Of a stretch of 64,000 nucleotides of DNA, positions 1 through 12,200 are shown in pieces; within the stretch, counting starts at the first letter, position 1; each line of letters starts with the position of its first letter. Location: contig OZ037769.1 in NCBI GenBank assembly GCA_964035545.1, positions 10,012,633 to 10,076,632 on the forward strand, in the 5' to 3' direction. The notes under the pieces were generated by a model. That model did not search any database, was not told where the DNA came from, and saw nothing but the letters and a program-made list of their open reading frames with translations. This DNA comes from Bugula neritina (lineage: Eukaryota > Animalia > Bryozoa). Made by a program: the position numbers and the translations under genes.

Positions 1-1553
1 ATTACCAAGTAAATAATCATATAATAAAAGTAAAATATAACAAAATACAATCAGCCAAAAATACCATAAAAACTCAATGCATATTATTGTGTAGACTTTA
101 GTATTGATTGTGGTGTGTAGGAGGGGAATTTGTTTTCTATTTTTTAATTTTGCCCTACTTAATTTGTCAAGAAAATAGAGTTTTGAAATTACTATTTAAA
201 TATTTAATACTTGTTTAAAATTAAACACCTGGCACATAAGCAATGAAAGTAACAACTCATTTTAGAAAGAAACCATTTAAAACTTCCTATAACTACTGGT
301 TAATAGAGCACTTGACACATGTAGATGACTAGATGCTATGATCAACTGAATACAAGACTTGGACAGACTTCAATCCTGACAGATCTTAATTTTAAACTGA
401 ATTCACATACTAGATGATGCTTAAACTCATAAAAATAATATGTTACAAAAGAAGTAAGATGGAAGTATAAATAAAGCTAATTGCTAACATTCTAATGGTA
501 GTCACTATCGTAATAATTATTACCATTATCATCGTGATTATAATTATTTTTATTAAAAAAATTCCTATACTACCATACAATTGCAATAACTATGAGAACC
601 AAGCAGTAATGGTACCACTATCAGTATAGACTAAAGTACAATAGTACTAACTGTATTGCAACTTCATCTACTACAGCTATGAGAATAGGTCAAACCACTG
701 CTCCTGATAGGTTAGTCGACCAACTATTCTTATAATTGCAAAAATTAACTTGAATGAGTTTTGTTTCACATTGTGCTTAAAATAAATATGAATATATAAT
801 GATAGCCATAAGTATATTGACAACTATATTAGCAAACCGATGTAAATCCTTCTTAATAAGTAGCTAAATATTAAAATATAACATTCACTCATAGATGATA
901 ACATATTTCATCATTCCATAATTTCTAATTAAACATTGATACTAATATTCTCATGGTAAATTACAATCAACATGTTAATGTCACATTTTTCTATTGTTCA
1001 ACATGATTATTTGCAAAATCAAAGGCATATGTTTCAACAAAAGTGCAATGCTTATGATCAGGTATATGAGAAGTAATATAAACTATCAAACAGAGACTTT
1101 GAAAACTACAAATGTAAACCACATTGAAATGGCAGAATGAAAAAATAATAAAATTAGCAAATACAGTAATACAATATCAAATTATGGAATGTAAATACCT
1201 GTCTTCAATATATGTTTTTAATGTTACCATAAGTTATGAATAAACTTATTTTGATTGTTATAATTGAAGTGAAAAGTCTGACGTGCTACAGATCTAGCCA
1301 TGCTCATCTGTCTAATAATGCAGTATATATGTAAGCTTCAATTTCCAAATCAAACCGTTGGTTATAATGAAAACTGTCATTTTAATAAAAATAGGATGTG
1401 TTCTTTCAGCAACTCCTGATAGCAAGCTGTCTTTGATCCACAAAAAACCTACTTCTGCAATTTTATCTAAATATGACTAGCAAATAGCAATAGTGACATT
1501 TGTAAAATGAGTGAATTTTAAAATAGCAGGTGAATAAAAAGATTGAAGCCTAC

Positions 1554-3422
1554 CAACGAGCGAGGACAACACTTTAGTTTTTTCTTCACCGCCTTCAGTT
1601 CATCAGTTAGTCTCTAAAAATGTAAAGCACAGTGTGTAGAGACCAAGTTCAGCAATCCTAGTAAGTAAATACAGTTTTACTGCTATTACCTCTAGGTTAT
1701 AAACTGTAATATCGATGACAAAATTATTGTTTCTAGGTAATAAGGGCGTAATTGTTTGGAAATATTTGCATTTAATGTAGCACGTAAGCCACTGCTAAAC
1801 AAAATCATATTTGCTAAAAAATTTTGGATATTAGCATAAGCATTATATCTATAACATGAAAATTAAAAAAATTGAATAAAGATAAAGTTTATTTACCAAA
1901 CGAAGTTTAGAAAATGCTGCCACCTGCGCTCTCTGCCAAAGAAGGGAGGGTGAATAACCTTCAGGGGCAGGAGAGAATTTCGGAATCTGAAGTAAACACA
2001 ATTAATTGAAAAAAAAACAACTGAAAGGTAATGTACAGAAAACCATGACCAACATTACAAAATTAAACAAGACCTAATCTATTATACTTTTTATATTACA
2101 AAATTTTCAAAATTTACAATAAAGAGTATTATAGCATATTCCATATCATTGCAGATCTTCTAAAACACGAACCAATATTAATTCTTCCTAATTAGTCTAT
2201 AAACAATCTTAATAAATTGTTCTTGGCTAAGGTCTGTTGGCTTTGAATGGTGTGAGGCACTGCTTAATTACATAACACAAAAAGCTTACATGCTTGTTGC
2301 TTAGTGCGGAAGCTCTATGAGGTTGGTGGTCATCAAGACAACATTTCTGAGAAAGAGAAGGTAACTCTTTAATTTCAACTGTAACTGTAGCTGGGCAAGC
2401 TTTGGCTTCCAGGCTGCAATATCCACCAATAGGTATCAGAGTGGCAAAGGATAATTTCCAGGAAACTCAAGAAGATTGAAAGTCTATTAGTTTTGCTTAA
2501 AGAATCAAACATACTATGCAAAACTAAAGTCTTCCATTCTATGTCATTAATAAAATTAGTCAGTTGAATTTCCGAGACATATTGTTGATGTAGATTTTAG
2601 ATAAAAATGGCACAAATGAAAAAGTAGGTAAAAATGGCATGATGATGCTAAATTTTCCCAAGCCTCAAACCCCCATCCCCAAACCTAAACCCCCATTTCA
2701 AACCTCCAATAACCACTCCAAACACTAATATTGAAAATGTGTTATTTTACCTACTTTGCTATTTGTGCCATTATTATCTATGCCAGTTTTACATGTGCCC
2801 TTTTCACCGGACACCGTAAATTTCAATAGCTGTGATGAGCAGAAATAACAGAAAGGCGGAACAATAGTACAAAAATGGCTATGTTAGGACAAGGTTGGTA
2901 ACAGCATTAATAGTAATAGCAGTGTCCTAAATCCTAGTTGAAAAACTGAAATTATCTCACAAAAAAGTGAAAGTAATATGAAGATGATTTGATAGCCTGT
3001 ACTTTTGGCTGACAATTTTAGTAATAACCAAAGTATTCAGCACACACATTATTTTCAAACTTCTTAGCATAAAATATTTTCATTTCTTATTACATTTAAG
3101 GTAAAATATGCATCAAATGATATTTCCTTTACTACATTACAAGAACTTTAACTTAAATAATATTATAACAAAACTAATCAATAAAAACTTTGCAACTCAT
3201 ACCTTTATTTTATTTATAACTTACAGCTTATATTATATTCACAATATTGAAAAATTTCATTGATGTTTTGAAAGAATAAAGCCCAATTAAAGAAAGTAAA
3301 TTTTACCGAACCATCCGTAGATAATCTAGCCCATTTGCAGGAGGTAATTTTAACTCAAATGCATCATCACGCCCTTCAGCGACAGGTAAAACAGAAGTGA
3401 TTCCTAAGTTCTCATCACTCAT
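1554..3422 (-). CDS. GEMIN2: Gem-associated protein 2 (Gemin2/SIP1, SMN complex), 5' part; gene continues off the left end of the window
   Basis: Minus-strand GT-AG exons 3422-3307, 2413-2290, 1986-1897 and 1613-1554 splice in frame: MSDENLGITSVLPVAEGRDDAFELKLPPANGLDYLRMVR/LEAKACPATV.../[50 protein letters not shown]. This matches the Gemin2 motifs [20 protein letters not shown] and [25 protein letters not shown]. Confidence 0.9.
2593..2816 (-). mobile_element. Second, older copy of the same MITE family in opposite orientation
   Basis: Ends GATTTTAGATAAAAATGGCAC...GTGCCCTTTTCACCGGACACCG are the reverse complement of the 7426-7722 ends; C-rich core. Confidence 0.8.
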
Positions 3423-4091
3423 TTCCTAAAAAAAAGAATAAAAACACAAATAGGCATGCTCTATTGCCATTGATGTCAATAGGCAATAGGGAAATTTGCA
3501 AAATATTGTTTATAGGATCCAGTAAATGCACAAGCATGAAACATTATAGTGGAGAATTAAGATAAAAATTTAACAACTTGCTTAACAACAATTTGCTACA
3601 CACATAATTTGTGAGTGACTAGTAAAGAAAATGCATTGTAGAAAAGTGAAAACAGATTGGACTTAATTGAACAAGTTTATACTTGCACAGAGTACAAGAT
3701 CCATCATACAATATCATAGATAAACTCAATAAAACTAATGAAGTCTGTGAATTTAGCTAAGTTTACTTTATATGTCTAAAATTTGATGAGGCCAACTAGA
3801 ATTAGCAATAACAACTTTGCATATAGCGATATTTTGCTTGTCAAATTTTAAATATGATTTCGAATTAAATAATAAAGCTATGAAACAATACATATGTGGG
3901 TAAGATACTTCATACTTGACATTGAAAATTTGAAAAAACTTTTCAACCCAAGATGAAGTACTTTAGTAGGCAAATCTCTTTGCCTTAGAAAAATTTTAGG
4001 TCAATCGTATTTAAAAGTAACTATATGTAGATTATGATTCAGAATCTATTTTCATATAATACGCTATACATAGTAGTTATGGGTATTATTA

Positions 4092-4127
<36 letters not shown>

Positions 4128-4259
4128 GTTGTGCCATAACTTGAGTGGATTTTGAGCTATTTTATCCTTATGCACACATGCATAAGTCACAACATGGGGG
4201 TCCAAGTCTCTCTCTCGTGACCTTTGGAATTTTGTACAAGCACATATATTATTGTTATT

Positions 4260-5080
4260 AATAGCCTACTGTAATTATCTATATTTTAAATTTTACTTAT
4301 TAAATAATTAAATTTAATACTAATAGCATTAGCATTGTTATTACTCATACTGTAATATTTATAGTTACTACCAGTATTGTAAGTGTAATAGTATTGGTAT
4401 TGGTTATCTTTCTATTGTCTGTTATGCTTATACATACCTATATTAGTATTATACTTATACTTACACTTCTTCTTACTGTTATACTTATACTACTATAATT
4501 ATAAGCATAAGCTATACTTATAATTATACTAATATTTCAAGCTTATGCGTTATAGCAATAGTAATACTATTACAATTAGTATTACTTTCTTAGTATTATT
4601 AACATTAATAGTAATACCAATAGTATTAGTTGATGTAAATGTTATTGTTATAATGTATAACTATAATTATAACAACTATAATTACCATGATAGTGATAAA
4701 GCATCAGTTTGAGCATGAGTACAACTATAACTTATAAGTCATACTTATAATATAAGTATTACATTTACTATGACTATTGGAATATTATAATTATTTGTAA
4801 TACTATTATTATTAGTATTACTATTACTATTGGAATATTATGATTATTAGTAATACTATTATTATTAGTATTACTATTACTATTGGAATATTATAATTAT
4901 TAGTAATACTATCATTAGTAGTATTACATTTACTGTTACTATTGATATTACTATTACTAGTGCTATACTGGTAGTAGTATTAGTATTATTATTACTATTA
5001 CACTTAGTATTACATTTTCGTTTTGATTCACTATTAGTATTAGCTATATTGATAATTATCATATTGATATCTGTGATTAT
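4260..5080. repeat. Cryptic 3/6-bp periodic TA-rich low-complexity tract, including a ~54-bp triplication at ~4773-4910
   Basis: Runs such as TATACT TATACT TACACT and ATTAGT ATTACT ATTACT. Confidence 0.75.
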
Positions 5081-5084
5081 CCCA

Positions 5085-5750
5085 CTGAGAACACCACAGT
5101 TGACTGAGAAATATTGATCAGATTGGGAAGAGCTGCTAATGTCTTTGGGTGCCTAAACAACCGAGTATTGAAGAACAGACATCTTAGCATCCGCACCAAA
5201 GTTAGGGTCTATGAAGCTTGTGTTCTCAGCATTCTTCTTTATGGATCGGAGACTTGGGCAACATATCAACGCCAAGAATCAAAACTCAGTGCTTTTCACA
5301 CCAGAAGCTTAACGTACATTCTTGGTAAAAGCTGGAAAGACAAGATGACAAATAAAGATGCTTTTCAACTCACAGGTTTAGGTCCTCTTTTCTCAAAGCT
5401 AAAATTTCTCCGCTTTCGCTGGGCTGGTCACTTAAACCGCATGCCAAAAAGCACCGCATTCCACACATCTTGCTTCATGGCGTATTGTCAGAAGGAGCCC
5501 GTCAAACTGGGTGACCTTATCTAAGGTTTAAAGATGTCTTAATGCGAGATCTCAAAAACTTCCATATAAAGCCCAGCAGCTTTACTACACTTTCCTATGA
5601 TCGTGCTGAATGAAGGCAAAACCTTCATACCGGACAAACATTTGACTCAGATAACAACACTAAGAGTCTTATGGCTATTGGCTAGATGTGCAAGACACCA
5701 GCACTGAAGATGCTATGCATTGTCAACACTGACAGACGCTTGCCAAACCC
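5085..5750 (+). mobile_element. 5'-truncated RTE-clade non-LTR retrotransposon relic (C-terminal RT/post-RT region)
   Basis: TKVRVYEACVLSILLYGSETW...AFHTRSL..ILG.SWKDKMTN...RFRWAGHLNRMP, then after a frameshift RIPHILLHGVLSEGARQTG*PYLRFKDVLMRDLK. Typical RTE ORF end with a frameshift and a stop. Confidence 0.85.
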
Positions 5751-6729
5751 ACAAACCCCATAATTATGATACTTTAAGTTTATATCATAATCATAATGAT
5801 AATTGATTAATTCTAATGATTAAGATAAAGATAATCATAATGATAATGATAGTCATTGTTATTATGATAACCAGTTGATTACTTCAAGTTTATTCAAATT
5901 GAGATATTCAATCACTCAATGTCATTGAGATTGACTATAAAGTGATAATCATGATTGACGTTATTATTATTCATAATCATTATGATTATATTTAATTTTA
6001 TAGTTAAACTTAAACTTAAAGTTAATGTTATAAACTAAAATATAACTTTCGGTCAATAATTATAAATATATTTCAACACCATAAAATTGAAGGGTAGAGC
6101 TTTGATAACAATATTATTAAATTCAGCAATTATTATGTTCCAATGGCAATAGTAAATAATATAATACTAATACTAATAGTAATAGTAATACTAATAGTAA
6201 TAGACTGTTGCCTTGCTAGGAGATGTGATCGGAAGCGATGAATAAACGATGAAAGGTTTGGCAGTTTAAATTAAAAGCTACACGCGCCCAGGTTTTGTTC
6301 GTCATATTTTCTTAAGTTTTCGGTTGCTTTGTAGGAATAACAGATGACTTATTTAAAACCAGAATAAGTGTATCCAAGTCTTTTATAAAATGCCTTTTAC
6401 ACCTTTTACACTTTTTACACCTGCAATAACACTATAGACTTTTGCTATTTTAGACGTTTAACCTAAAAACATCGCTTGAAGCAGCACCAAGTTAGTAGTG
6501 ACTGAGTGCATCAGTTCAAGGTTCTCAACTTTGCATTCGAGAGTTTGGACTTCAAACAACTGTGCGTACGCAAATATTTTCCTTAGTCGACCCCAAATCA
6601 GTGCTGTTTCTATCGTTATTCCCTAAGCAGAAGGAGGGTGTTGTAAATTTGCAAAATTTATAGTTTCTACTGTTCAAATAGGTTAAGGTTATATATCTAT
6701 ATATTTATATAAAAAAATATGATATATGT

Positions 6730-7350
6730 TTAGTGATAATCATAATGGCGATACTTAAATTTAAAATATTAATAATTATTACCATTACAACTAGTATTAG
6801 TAACTATTACTATTAGTATTACTATAACTATTACTACTTATACTTATACTTATAGTTATTGTAATTGTTATACTAAGTCTAATACTTATAGTTATACTTT
6901 ATAGTTATACTTATAGTAATAGTTATACTTATACTCATAGTTATACTAGTATTAGTATAAGTTTATATTATAAGTATCACTCGTACTCATACTGTATCAT
7001 AATCATTATCAGTATTACTCACAGTCACTATTAGTATTACTAATAGTGAGTAATACTGATAATGATACAGTTTGAGTACGAGTGATACTTATAATGGTAT
7101 TAGTATTACATTTAGTTTTGCTTTTAGTTTTACTCTTAGTATTAGTACAAGTATTACTACTAGTGTCTAGTAGTAGTAGTACTGCTAGTACTGCTACTAC
7201 TACCGCACTAGTATTACTAGTGTGGTAGGGCACTCCACTATCACAATGACTATCAGAATCACGACTTCAATTTGACAACCTCTCACCATGACCACTATTA
7301 TAATTATTACAAGTCATAGTCATAGTGACAATATTACTATACTTATTCGA
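6730..7350. repeat. Cryptic 3/6-bp periodic TA-rich low-complexity tract
   Basis: TATACT/TATAGT/ATTAGT/CATAGT hexamers; gives spurious I/T/S/N/L/V ORFs. Confidence 0.75.
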
Positions 7351-7356
7351 ACTTAC

Positions 7357-7415
7357 TCGGAGTGATCATCAAACTGGACCCTAGATGGAGAAAGGAGTGT
7401 GCCGCATATGGGTAG
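7357..7415 (-). other. GEMIN2: Probable non-coding first exon of GEMIN2
   Basis: Consensus donor CGA|GTAAGT on the minus strand (plus ACTTAC 7351-7356) in a locally GC/CpG-richer patch. The ATG exon has an acceptor only 3 nt upstream of the ATG (3426-3427), so an upstream UTR exon is required. The 5' end is not defined. Confidence 0.5.
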
Positions 7416-7425
7416 TATGTTGGAC

Positions 7426-7722
7426 GGTGTTCGGTAAAAATGGCACCGGTAAAAGTTGCACAGGCTAAAATGGCACAGGAAATAATGGCACTAGAAATAA
7501 TGGCACAAATGGCAAAGTAGCTAAAAATAGCACTCTTTCAATATTAGGGTTTGGGATGGAGTTGGGTGTTTAGGGTGGTGGTTGAGGTTTGGGAATGGGG
7601 GTTGAGGGTTTGAGTTTGGGGTTTTTGGGAAAATTTAACATCAGTGTGCCATTTTTTCCTACTTTCCCATTTGTGCCCTTATTACCGGCGCCATTATTAC
7701 TGGTGCCATTTTACCTAAAATC
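7426..7722 (+). mobile_element. MITE with modular subterminal inverted repeats and a G-rich core; 8-9 bp TSD
   Basis: Direct repeat ATGTTGGA(C) at 7417-7425 and 7723-7731. Arms are built of AA(A/T)AATGGCAC units, mirrored as GTGCCATT(A/T)TT; core is TTAGGG/TTGGGG-like. Confidence 0.85.
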
Positions 7723-9248
7723 ATGTTGGACAGTCATTGGTTAATAGTCATACTGGTTGGGCTGTATTCACTAAATAGAGACTTAATCATGTCTATGTGG
7801 AGATCTCTGAATTATTGCTTTGATTGTGACCAATTTTCAGATCCCCCGATAGTCCTTGAGAAAAGACTATTCAGGTACTTGGTCGGGGCTGTCCCCTTGC
7901 TTGGGAGTGAGTCTGTATAGTGTTGTTTGTTGGTTTGGTCAGGAGGTCATCCGAGGCAGAGCTGACGCATAGGATCTCTATTACATGCAAGACATATATA
8001 CAAATTAAAAGTAATTTAAAATAAGGCTATGAGATTTACGTTGAATGTAGACGAATTTCAATCAGAAAGCTAATAAATAAAGAAAAGCTGATAATGGGAA
8101 AACTTAGTCATTGAAAGTTATTAATACAATTTATTTTTTGTGAAATATTTCATAAACTTGCAGATTGCTTGCTGTTATTAGCAAACTATCACTAGACACA
8201 TTCCAAACTTATTTCTAGCAGGTAATAATGCATATTTTGTCTAAAACCAACTAAAGATTTAAAACTTGCATTGCAGTGTAATAAGAGTTGTATATAGTCA
8301 TCTCCACTTTGGGAGTTTAGAGACTCAACCTTCAGTCAGCTGCACATAGTAAAGAGCAGAATTGTGAATTATTGAAGCCATGAGTTGAATGTATTTGCAT
8401 TTAGTCTTAGTGATAGTCAGGTATTATCTAGTAGGCTTTGTGGTAGTACCTATGATGCTAATGTTGAGCACAATAATGCCAATGTAAATGAAAATGCCAC
8501 TCAGTGCTATAATGATAATGATATTATTATGGACATTTCAGTGGTCATAGTGAGAGTGAATCAATCTGGGTCTGTTGAATGTGTATCTCGGATGAAATTT
8601 GAGCAATATGCAGTCTTTGAATATATGTTTTATTCTGGTAATTAAAGTTCTTATCTACAGTGGTCATTTGTGGTAGATATGTATGAATCATGTTTTTATG
8701 CTAAGATTATTAAACAAGCAAGTGCATGTTTGTAATAGTTTGTATGTTTGCTTCTAACTAGATATATTTAGTTCTCATAGTTTTATCATTTATCATTTGC
8801 AATTATTCCTAATAAATATAGCCCAATGAAAGTCACTACTAATCCGAAACTTTTATATTGTCACACTGCAGTCTAAATATAGCATGGTGTCAATGTAATT
8901 AGGAACTGATCGTCGTGAATATTTCATCTTATCTGGACAGTGAGTTAATATAACTTAGCTATGGGCAGTGAGCTTTCAAGCATTTTGCTAGAAAGCTGAT
9001 GGTTACATAACTCAAGAAAATTCAACTGAAACTGCTTGACATGGTTAAAGCTATTTGTTGTGTACATACATAAGTCATTCTACAAGTGGCTTAAGCTTTC
9101 TTAAAAGCGAAATAAAAACTGAGTTTTGTTTTGTGACCATTTGAGTGTCAAGTCAAACAAATCAAAGTGATTGTGATATGTATGAATTAACAACTAATAT
9201 ATTTTATATATTTTTGTTTCTATATTTGACTTGTCAATATACAGGTTT

Positions 9249-12200
9249 ATGCAGTACATGAACTCAAGAGAAGGCATGGCAAGTTGGACAGAACATACAT
9301 TACCCCCCTTAGTCATTAAACAGTTGAATGACAAGATGTATGAAAAACGAAAATCTGGAGCTCTAGAAATTGAGAAGTAAGTATGCAAACAAATTGTTTA
9401 AAAAGTGATAGATTTGCCCATGTTTACTCATTGTTGGTACGATATACTGTATGTGTTCGTTGAGCCAAATAAATCTTTTGTTGGCCCGTAAAAGTTTTTT
9501 TGGTAATACAATCTCTTTGCAGGATATTGAAAGAATATGCTGCAAAAGAAGATTTTCAATCCATTGAGCAAATTATAGTATGCTTAGGAAAAGAATTTGC
9601 TAATGCCCCTACAGCTCAACCTAGAAACGGTGGGCTCATAGGTCTAGCTGCTTGTGCCATTGCTCTGGGTAAAGTAAGTATTGGTATATGTTGGAGATCT
9701 TCTGCCATCTAACACTTTTTAGTCATTAGATTCTCTAGGATTTGTCTACATCTGCATTAGTTAGGAAATTAAATATTATGACTTGACCAAAGTCACCTAT
9801 AAGGATTTTATTTTAAAGCAAATGAAAATCTTCATAAGCATTTTGTGTTCTCACATTGTAAGTCTATATTTTTGCACTCTATAAGCCTTTGGCAATAGTA
9901 TGACCTGTCAATAATATTATATTCTCTGAACATTTCTTCATATGTACTTTCAACTAACTGTAAAATTACTCATTTTGGTATTTTGTTCTTTTAGCAATCA
10001 TCAAAATTTATAGACAAGCTTGTAAAGCCAGCTTTGGCTTGCTTCACTGACCCAGACAACCGAATCAGATATTTTGCCTGTGAGGCTCTGTATAACATCT
10101 GCAAAGTATCAAGGGGCTCGGTGCTAACCTATTTCAATGAAATATTTGATGGTCTCAGTAAGGTAATATTTTTTATAGTTTTCATCATTTAAATAAATTA
10201 ATTTTTAATGGGTTTATGTCGCATCATATTTTATTATTGTTCATATTCTGCTAGATGGATCTTGCAGTTTTTCTTTAGATAGAGTCGTCATAGTGCACCA
10301 ATAATCTCCAATAGTTTTCAACACTCAAGCATCTCAAAAGTATGCATGTATTTTTGGCCATATACATTAGCCTGCTAGACAAACTCTTTTATCACTGGAA
10401 TCTCCATAACCCATTTTTTATAGTTTTATTCCTATGAGTTTTGTATACATCATTCTTACAGCTTTTTAAATATTTAACCAAAATCAAGTTTTGTCTCTCA
10501 CTAGTCCTAATTCTTATTAATATATTCACAATTTAATTGACTCTAATTTACTCATCAGCTTCTACTACCAATCCTGTTCTGTCAACACTGCTGGTCTCCA
10601 AACACACCTTTAAGTGTTGTCTCTTCCACCAGCACACAGCTTCTAATTGTGCAGCAGGCAATAATATTTTAGTTTTTTATTCCTTGCATTGCCATTTAGT
10701 GCTAGCTGTAGACTATAATAATTTTAGTTTTGCTATTTTTAACATTCATTTTCAAAAGAAGTGTGACTTCTATTGACTGTCATTTCTACATAAAAAGCTT
10801 TCACAACTTTGCCTAATCTATCTCGTTGTGCTAGATTAGACTTCTCATGGGTGGGTGCAATTTTAGTACCTTTTTAAAAATTGACTGATAATTGATGATA
10901 AAAGACAAAATATTTGAAAGCATATGTTAATGAATTCAACTTACTAACTGCTTTATTACATTGACCCCGTGCTAACTATCTCTAGTATCAGTAACAGTAT
11001 AAACAGAGAGTCATATTGTTCCTTGTTTTGTATATCACTGATAGTGGCAGGCCTGCATGACCGGAAGCACTGCAAAATTCTTTTGTCAACTTGTCTAGTT
11101 GTGACAAGAATTTTAATTTGTAAACTTTTTAAAGCAATATTTTCTCCAGAGGAGTTAACAAGTGGGTGGATAGTCTACTGATAGAAGCATGTAGCCCATA
11201 CATTGTTGCATGTAGTAACTGGAGTATGCTTGTTGTTTAACTGATTGCATTGTTCAGTTAGCAGATGATACTGACAGTAACGCCAGAAATGGCTCTCAGT
11301 TGCTAGATGTACTGATGAAAGACATTGTTAGTGAGAGTGGGTCCTTCAACATCCCTTCTTTTATACCACTTCTCAGAGATAGAATCTACACTAAGAAACC
11401 TTTCTGCAGACGGTTCGTTGTCTCCTGGGTATGTGGTTGTTTGTAATTCTTGTGATGCTGAATATCAACCCAACAGTAGCATTCACTTCTAGGGCAGTGT
11501 TGGTATTTTCTAGCAGTATTAGAATTTTCTAGCAGCATTGGCATTATTCTTGTGTTATTCTTGTTGCAGTCATTTAAATACTGCGCCTTGACATACACTA
11601 GTGATGATTAGTAGTTGTGGATGGTTTGGCATGACACATGCTTGTATTTAATGTCTATATCACTTTGTAGTTTCTGTATTACTTATCTGTAGATTGGGGA
11701 TTGCAGATAAGGTACTATGATTAAACCAAACTCAGCAGTAAAACTACCCTATTTTCTAGTCTGCTTCACTTGTTAACCTTTAGCTTGTGGGTCTCTTGTA
11801 GATAAACCTACTGAATAATGTACCAGACATCAACATGCTCGTGTATTTGCCCGAGATTCTCGATGGTTTGTTTTATATTCTCGGAGAAGAAAGTCCGGAA
11901 GTTCGTCACATGTTAGTATACACCTGATATTGTTGTGTGAATGTTGGTTTGGTAAATATAGTAGAAATAGATATAGAAATTATGCATTTAGTTATTCTTC
12001 CTAATTTTCACATAAAAAATAGCCAAACCTGCTACTACCAAAAGTTATGTACATGTATGAGCACAGCATAAGACTAGAAATAGTTATGGCTGTAGAATAA
12101 ACAAGCCTTAACTATTTGTATGGAAACTGTGTGCTGTCAGCCACAACTGCCAGGTGTGTGCAAGTGCTACTATGTTGTATCTACGTCAGGTGTGTGCAAG

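Larger units (their letters stand above)
7357..8220. promoter_or_regulatory. Bidirectional (head-to-head) promoter region GEMIN2/VAC14
   Basis: Lies between divergent genes whose first coding exons both begin with a splice acceptor. CpG-richer than its flanks; CRE-like TGACGCA at ~7963. Confidence 0.5.

Noticed and set aside
1-1550. Next GEMIN2 exon (expected P..EDE.GW..FC motif)
   Set aside because: Not found on the minus strand; presumably outside the window.
4880-5062. ORFs 4880-5062 and 7015-7233 (Ile/Thr/Ser/Asn-rich, TM-like)
   Set aside because: Translations of the 3/6-bp periodic tracts; no splice or homology support.
7723-7920. 65-aa ORF or LINE remnant in the bidirectional promoter
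   Set aside because: No recognisable motif in any frame.
10270-10640. Very old minus-strand LINE RT fragment ([16 protein letters not shown]-like words)
   Set aside because: Too many stops and frameshifts to support by eye; needs TBLASTN or HMM.
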